Below, in pieces: positions 59,079-64,000 of a stretch of DNA of 64,000 nt. The position numbers were made by a program, and so were the translations under genes. The DNA is from Vulcanimicrobiota bacterium (GTDB lineage: Bacteria; Vulcanimicrobiota; Vulcanimicrobiia; Vulcanimicrobiales; Vulcanimicrobiaceae), in assembly GCA_963820825.1 (NCBI GenBank), contig CAWGBN010000008.1, forward strand, positions 64,001-128,000, written 5' to 3'. The notes below the pieces were generated by a model that worked only from the letters and a program-made list of their open reading frames with translations, was not told the DNA's origin and searched no databases. Every line of letters begins with the position of its first letter. Position 1 is the stretch's first letter.

Positions 59079-60415
59079 CCAGCAACGCGGCTTCTCGATG
59101 AAGCCGCTGGAGAATTTCCACGTGCGGCGAGGTCGGCCATGACGCGCAGTTCGGGAACGGCCGTCGCTTCGAACCGAGAGCCGCGCACCGGCGGCCCAAC
59201 GATCCATAAGCCCGCGACACGGTTTCCGTCTTGATCGATCGCGCGCAAATCCGAATCCCCGCGTAAACCACGACCGCCCTCGTCGCGCGAAACGAGTCCA
59301 TCGGCGAGCATCGAGCCGAGCAGCGGATCTCGCGTCATGCGCGCCGCTTGACGGAAACCCGAGCAGTTCACGATCCAATCGGGCCGCACGGTGATGCTTC
59401 CGCCATACCCGCGCAACGTAATCTTCGCGTCACCATCCTGCATCTGCGTCAGCCTGCCGGCATAGTGGCGAAGACGGCCGGCTCGCACGTACTCCTCGCG
59501 CACCGCGTCGACCTGTTGCGGTGCACGGTGCCGATGCCGTTCCCAGTAAGCGCGCAGGTGGCGCTCGAAGCGGCGTTGCTCGGCCGCCGGCAGGCGGCGC
59601 CAAATCGCATCGGCCTCGGGGCGTAATGCGTCGAGCACGGCGCGCCAGTCGAATCCTCGCTCCGCGGCTTCGTCGATATGCCGGCGCAGGCTACGGAGCA
59701 GCGCCCTTGCGCCGCGCGTATCGAGCGCCGGAATCACGTCGTACGGTGCGACCGCAGCGTGGGCGTTTGGAAAACGGCCATTGCGGGATAGAACGTGCAC
59801 CATCCCGCGATGTCCGCTCGCCTTCAACGCTACGAGCACGTCCAGCGCGGTGAGGCCCGCACCGATCACCAGCACCTCGCCGTCGACCTCACGGTAATCG
59901 AAACGCCACGGATCGGCGACGTACCCACGATGGAGAAGCACTTCAAGCGGGAGGAAGTCGTCGCTCGGCGCGAGGTGTCCGGTCGCTAAGACCACGTTGC
60001 GCGCGCCGAAGCACGCTCCCGACGTGGATTCGACGATGAAGCCGCCGCTGCCCCAACGGCGCACGCTCGAAACTCGCGCGCGAAAATAGCCGAACCGCGG
60101 ACGCTCAAAGACTTGCCGGGCAATTTCGCCGACGTACTCGCCGTAGAGTTGCCGTGAGACGAAGTCGTCGGCGCCCCCGCTCGAGCCGAGCCAACGGACG
60201 AAATGCTCGGCATCGTCGGGATAGAGACTCATCTGAGAGGCGCGGGTATTGAGCAGATGCTCGCGGTGGCGCGTGCTGTACGCCGCACCCCGCCCGAGTT
60301 CGTCGGGCTCGAAGAGTGCGAGCGAAGAGATCTGCGAAGCGTTGCGAGCGAGATTGGCGGCAACCGCACATCCGCTGAAACCGCCGCCGATAACTACGAC
60401 ATCGATCTCGATCAT
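59036..60415 (-). CDS. FAD/NAD(P)-binding oxidoreductase
   Basis: IGGGFSG, GRGAAY, HLLN, IGAGLTALD, HRHR and EATAVPELR motifs; true stop may be 59071. Confidence 0.88.
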   Translation of the reverse strand: MIEIDVVVIGGGFSGCAVAANLARNASQISSLALFEPDELGRGAAYSTRHREHLLNTRASQMSLYPDDAEHFVRWLGSSGGADDFVSRQLYGEYVGEIARQVFERPRFGYFRARVSSVRRWGSGGFIVESTSGACFGARNVVLATGHLAPSDDFLPLEVLLHRGYVADPWRFDYREVDGEVLVIGAGLTALDVLVALKASGHRGMVHVLSRNGRFPNAHAAVAPYDVIPALDTRGARALLRSLRRHIDEAAERGFDWRAVLDALRPEADAIWRRLPAAEQRRFERHLRAYWERHRHRAPQQVDAVREEYVRAGRLRHYAGRLTQMQDGDAKITLRGYGGSITVRPDWIVNCSGFRQAARMTRDPLLGSMLADGLVSRDEGGRGLRGDSDLRAIDQDGNRVAGLWIVGPPVRGSRFEATAVPELRVMADLAARGNSPAASSRSRVAGCVTVCSLSCSSRQ

Positions 60416-60963
60416 CAGCCGGCCACCTTCAGATCGGCGCGAAGCGTAGCGTCGTAGCGCCCGAACGCCGCCTGGCGGCGGCGCGCGCCCTCGTCGTAGA
60501 CCAAGTATTGGCGCAGCGGACCGGCATAAACGTGAAGCGAGAGCGCCGGAGATTGGCCGGCGGCGCCCACGCGATGAAGATCGTAGCGCCCCGAACGAAG
60601 ATCGAGCTCGCCGACTTCGAGACGGCGGGAGCCGCTTGCTTCGACGTAGGCGTATCCCGGCACGTCGCCCGGGTCGAGGCGGACGTAGTCGTCGACGTCG
60701 AGGCCCCCCTCGAGGACGTACATCCAGCAGTGCTGACCGCCGTGGTCGTGGATCGGCGAGACCGCGCCCGCGGCCCAGTTCAAGAGAACGATCTCAAAAA
60801 GCGGATCCTGATACGCGCAAATGCGCGTGTACTCGCCCGGCCGCAACACGAGCTCCCGGCTGCTCGGCCAGCTACCCGAGCTTCCGACGAGCAGGGCCTC
60901 GACCTCTGAAGCGGCCCGATCCAGCGGCCCGCGCACGCGAAAATCGGAGATGAGTCGATACAC
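60415..60963 (-). CDS. Cysteine/thiol dioxygenase family (cupin)
   Basis: W..G..SPIHDH, LHRV and SLHVY motifs; GGAGG RBS. Confidence 0.88.
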   Translation of the reverse strand: MYRLISDFRVRGPLDRAASEVEALLVGSSGSWPSSRELVLRPGEYTRICAYQDPLFEIVLLNWAAGAVSPIHDHGGQHCWMYVLEGGLDVDDYVRLDPGDVPGYAYVEASGSRRLEVGELDLRSGRYDLHRVGAAGQSPALSLHVYAGPLRQYLVYDEGARRRQAAFGRYDATLRADLKVAG

Positions 60964-61103
60964 CCCGGCATCCTCCTAAGAAAAGATGACACTAGTTAAT
61001 GACTTCGGTCACCTTTGCGGGATGCGCGGAGATTCCTTCAGCCCGCTCCCAGGAGGTCGGGCGGGCGGGAATAGGGCTCGAGGTGGGGGTCGCTAGGTCG
61101 GGG

Positions 61104-62567
61104 TTAGGCCTTCCAGCGGAGGTCCGGCTGGCGCGCGGCGCGCGTCTCGTCGACGCGGCCGACCGGGGTGGTCGTCGGTGCGTCCAAGAGCGCTTGCGGA
61201 TCGGTCTTCGCCCGTTCCACGATCGCTCGTAATGCCTCAACGAAGGCGTCGAGCGTCTCTTTCGACTCCGTCTCGGTCGGTTCGATCATCAAACACTCCG
61301 GCACGATCAACGGAAAGTACATCGTGGGTGCCATGTAGCCGTAGTCGAGCAGCGCTTTAGCGAGATCGAGCGCGCGCACGCCGTGCTCTTTCTTTAGCTG
61401 CTGCGCCGATGCGACGAACTCGTGGCGGCAGTTCTCCGGATACGGCGTTTCGAGAAACTCCGCAACCTTCACGCGAAGATAGTTGGCATTGAGCACCGCG
61501 AGCTGAGAGACGCGCTTGAGGCCGTCGGCACCGTTGGCGTAGAGGTAGGCCAGTGCGCGCACCGCGTGCGCGAAATTCGACCAGAACGAACGCATCGGTC
61601 CGATCGACTTCGGCCGGTCGAAGTCGAGCCGCAGGCTGCCTTCGTCGCGAACGACGACGGGTGTCGGCAGATACTCGACGAGGTGCGCCGCGACGCCGAG
61701 CGGGCCGTGACCCGCACCGCCGCCGCCGTGCGGTATGGTAAACGTTTTGTGCGTGTTCAAATGCATCAGATCGAAGCCCATATCGCCGGGGCGAGTATAC
61801 CCCATAATCGCGTTGGCGTTAGCACCGTCGTAATACATAAGCCCGCCGGCCTCGTGCACGGCCGCGGCGATCTCCGCGATCTCCTCTTCGAAAAGCCCCA
61901 GCGTATTGGGATTCGTCATCATGCAGACTGCGGTATCGGTGCCGAGGACTCGGTGGATTTCGGAGACGCTGACGCGTCCGCGCTCGTTGCTCGGGAGCGA
62001 GACGACCTTGAAACCGCACATCGCCGCCGAAGCGGGATTCGTTCCGTGAGCGGTATCGGGCACGAGGACTCTGTCGCGATGCGTCTCGCCACGCTCTCTG
62101 AAGTATTTTTTGGCGATCAGCAGCGCGCCGAGCTCGGCATGCGCCCCCGCCGACGGATTGAGCGAGAAGGCGGCCATCCCAAAGAGCGAGCTCAGCGACC
62201 GCTCGAGTTCGTACATCACGGTGAGAGCGCCTTGAGCGAGCTCGTCGGGCGTAAAAGGATGGAGCTCGGCAAACGCCCGGCGCGCGACGATGGCGTCGTT
62301 GACGCGCGGGTTGTACTTCATCGTGCACGATCCCAACGGATAGAAGCCGAGATCGATACCAAACGTTCGCTGAGAGAGCCGGGTGAAGTGGCGCACCACG
62401 TCCAGCTCGCTGTTATCGGGTAGCGGAAGCTCGTCTCGCAGAACCGAGCGCGGCAGGAAGCTCTCGAGCGGCTTGCCCTCCTCGAGATACCGGTTCGCGC
62501 GTCCCTCCTGGCCCGACTCGAAGATCAGCGGGATCGCAGCCGTGTCGTTAGACCGCTGCGGGGACAT
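61104..62567 (-). CDS. gcvPB: Glycine dehydrogenase (decarboxylating) subunit 2
   Basis: PLGSCTMKYNP, AHGTNPASA, HLNTHKTF..PHGGGG and IEPTETESK motifs. Confidence 0.96.
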   Translation of the reverse strand: MSPQRSNDTAAIPLIFESGQEGRANRYLEEGKPLESFLPRSVLRDELPLPDNSELDVVRHFTRLSQRTFGIDLGFYPLGSCTMKYNPRVNDAIVARRAFAELHPFTPDELAQGALTVMYELERSLSSLFGMAAFSLNPSAGAHAELGALLIAKKYFRERGETHRDRVLVPDTAHGTNPASAAMCGFKVVSLPSNERGRVSVSEIHRVLGTDTAVCMMTNPNTLGLFEEEIAEIAAAVHEAGGLMYYDGANANAIMGYTRPGDMGFDLMHLNTHKTFTIPHGGGGAGHGPLGVAAHLVEYLPTPVVVRDEGSLRLDFDRPKSIGPMRSFWSNFAHAVRALAYLYANGADGLKRVSQLAVLNANYLRVKVAEFLETPYPENCRHEFVASAQQLKKEHGVRALDLAKALLDYGYMAPTMYFPLIVPECLMIEPTETESKETLDAFVEALRAIVERAKTDPQALLDAPTTTPVGRVDETRAARQPDLRWKA

Positions 62568-63909
62568 GCAGCACCTCCTCGAGCGCGCTCGCGAGCGCCT
62601 TGACGTCGCCGGTCGTGGTGAGCTCGGTCGCGGTCATCAAGATGCACGCGTTCAACTCGGGATAGAAACGTCCAAGATCGAGACCGCCCAGAATCTTACG
62701 CTCGCGCAAGCCGGCGAGCACCTCCTGCGCCGGCCGTCCGACGTCGACCACGAGCTCGTTGAAGAACGGCGCCGCATGTCGGATCCGCACTCCCGATACG
62801 TTGGCGACCGCGCTGGCGAGCTCGCGCGAACGCGCCAAATTCAGCGCGGCGGCATCGCGCAAGCCGGTCTTCCCCATCAGCGCGAGATAGATCGTCGCGA
62901 TCAGGGCGCAGTGCGCTTGATTGGTGCAGATGTTCGAGGTGGCACGCTCGCGGCGAATGTGTTGCTCGCGCGCCTGCAGCGTGAGCACGTAGGCCGTTCG
63001 TCCGGCGTTGTCGAGGGTTCGGCCGACCAGCCGCCCCGGAATCCGACGCATGTGCTCCTGCGTCGATGCGATGAAGCCGGCGTAGGGACCGCCATAAGCG
63101 ATTGCGACGCCGAAACTCTGCGCCTCGCCCGCGACGATCTGCGCTCCCCACGCCGATGGCGGCGCGAGCGCGGCCAGCGAGAGGGCCTCGGCGACGACGC
63201 CGATCGGAATCGTCCCGCTCGCGCGCATCGCCTCTTGCGCGTTCGCCGCCGGCGTATCGACGTTGCCGAAGAAGTTCGGCGATTGCAGAGCGACCGCGGC
63301 ATACTCGCCGCCGGCGACGGCGCCGGCAAGCGCGTCGCTCTCCGTCGTGCCGTTCTCGGTAAATGGAGTCTCGTCGACGTCGACGTCGAGACCGTCGCAG
63401 TAGGTTCGCAGCACCCCGCGATAGTTCGGGTGGACCGCACGCGAAACGAGGATCTTCCGGCGCCCGGTCGCGCCGAGGGCCATGATTGCCGCCTCGGCGA
63501 GCGCCGTCGCGCCATCGTAGACCGAAGCGTTGGCAATATCCATTCCGGTCAGCAATGCGACGTAGGTCTGCCACTCGTAGATCGCTTGCAGATAACCTTG
63601 CGAGACTTCGGCTTGATACGGCGTATACGCGGTGAGAAACTCGCCGCGCATAGCGAGTGCGGCGATCGCCGGGGGCACGTAGTGCCGGTAGGCTCCGCCC
63701 CCAAGGAACGAACGGTAATCGACGCCGCTATTACCTTGGGCAAGCTGCTCGAAGCGGCGTTGGATCAAATATTCCGGCAGCGCCGGCACGACGTCGAGCT
63801 CGGCCTTGAGCGCGATTGCGTCGGGAACGCGCAGAAGCTCGTCGAGCGATTCGGCGCCGATCGTCTCGAGCATCGCCTCGACGTCGTGGCGGGTATGCGG
63901 AGCGTACAT
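62548..63909 (-). CDS. gcvPA: Glycine dehydrogenase (decarboxylating) subunit 1
   Basis: TAYTPYQAEVSQG, NASVYDG and REQHIRRERATSNICTNQ motifs. Confidence 0.96.
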   Translation of the reverse strand: MYAPHTRHDVEAMLETIGAESLDELLRVPDAIALKAELDVVPALPEYLIQRRFEQLAQGNSGVDYRSFLGGGAYRHYVPPAIAALAMRGEFLTAYTPYQAEVSQGYLQAIYEWQTYVALLTGMDIANASVYDGATALAEAAIMALGATGRRKILVSRAVHPNYRGVLRTYCDGLDVDVDETPFTENGTTESDALAGAVAGGEYAAVALQSPNFFGNVDTPAANAQEAMRASGTIPIGVVAEALSLAALAPPSAWGAQIVAGEAQSFGVAIAYGGPYAGFIASTQEHMRRIPGRLVGRTLDNAGRTAYVLTLQAREQHIRRERATSNICTNQAHCALIATIYLALMGKTGLRDAAALNLARSRELASAVANVSGVRIRHAAPFFNELVVDVGRPAQEVLAGLRERKILGGLDLGRFYPELNACILMTATELTTTGDVKALASALEEVLHVPAAV

Positions 63910-63931
63910 GGATTCCTTGGCGGATGTGGTC

Positions 63932-64000
63932 TTATTGGTTCTGCGATTTGAGCGCCGGGTCCGGAATTCCGTCCGGACAGATGGTCGCCTGCACGGCCGG
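63932..64000 (-). CDS. 3' end of an unidentified upstream gene
   Basis: Open frame PAVQATICPDGIPDPALKSQNQ* ends just before the gcvPA RBS. Confidence 0.35.
   Translation of the reverse strand, partial: PAVQATICPDGIPDPALKSQNQ

Noticed and set aside
63910..64000. Glycine riboswitch upstream of gcvPA
   Set aside because: No recognisable aptamer motifs; the region reads as the 3' end of another ORF.
1..64000. tRNA, rRNA, prophage or IS elements
   Set aside because: None recognised by eye; intergenic gaps are short and no integrase or transposase motifs were seen. A tRNAscan/Infernal run would confirm.

Overview
GC-rich bacterial chromosomal DNA, densely coding and mostly housekeeping. Gene content and the secreted-protein families suggest Eremiobacterota/Vulcanimicrobiota, but this is inference only. 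In order it carries: dnaK-grpE-dnaJ; scoAB and an acyl-CoA dehydrogenase; a phosphoesterase; a MocR regulator with mutY-nth; lpdA-lipB-lipA; an RND permease, secreted protein and SGNH lipoprotein; gdhA and ychF; mtnP; holB-tmk; an amino-acid decarboxylase; an arylsulfatase; an XRE-ATPase-TPR regulator; an HNH nuclease; pdxST; a six-hairpin glycosidase; ispE and ubiX; a PD-(D/E)XK nuclease with a UvrD-like helicase; dinB; nfo-scpB-scpA-NUDIX; a cysteine dioxygenase/FAD-protein pair; and gcvPA/PB. I recognised no tRNA, rRNA, CRISPR array, transposase or integrase. Best leads: (1) an unlisted 45-aa ORF behind a perfect TTGACA-N17-TATAAT promoter, divergent from a CGNR zinc-finger/dinB unit; (2) a ~130-nt multi-stem element in the leader of the HNH nuclease; (3) a free-standing Fe-S PD-(D/E)XK nuclease coupled to a degenerate SF1 helicase; (4) probable CTG start codons for tmk and scpA. 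Scattered single-base insertions, densest at 47.6-50.3 kb, look like assembly errors. No lead is proven novel from sequence alone.
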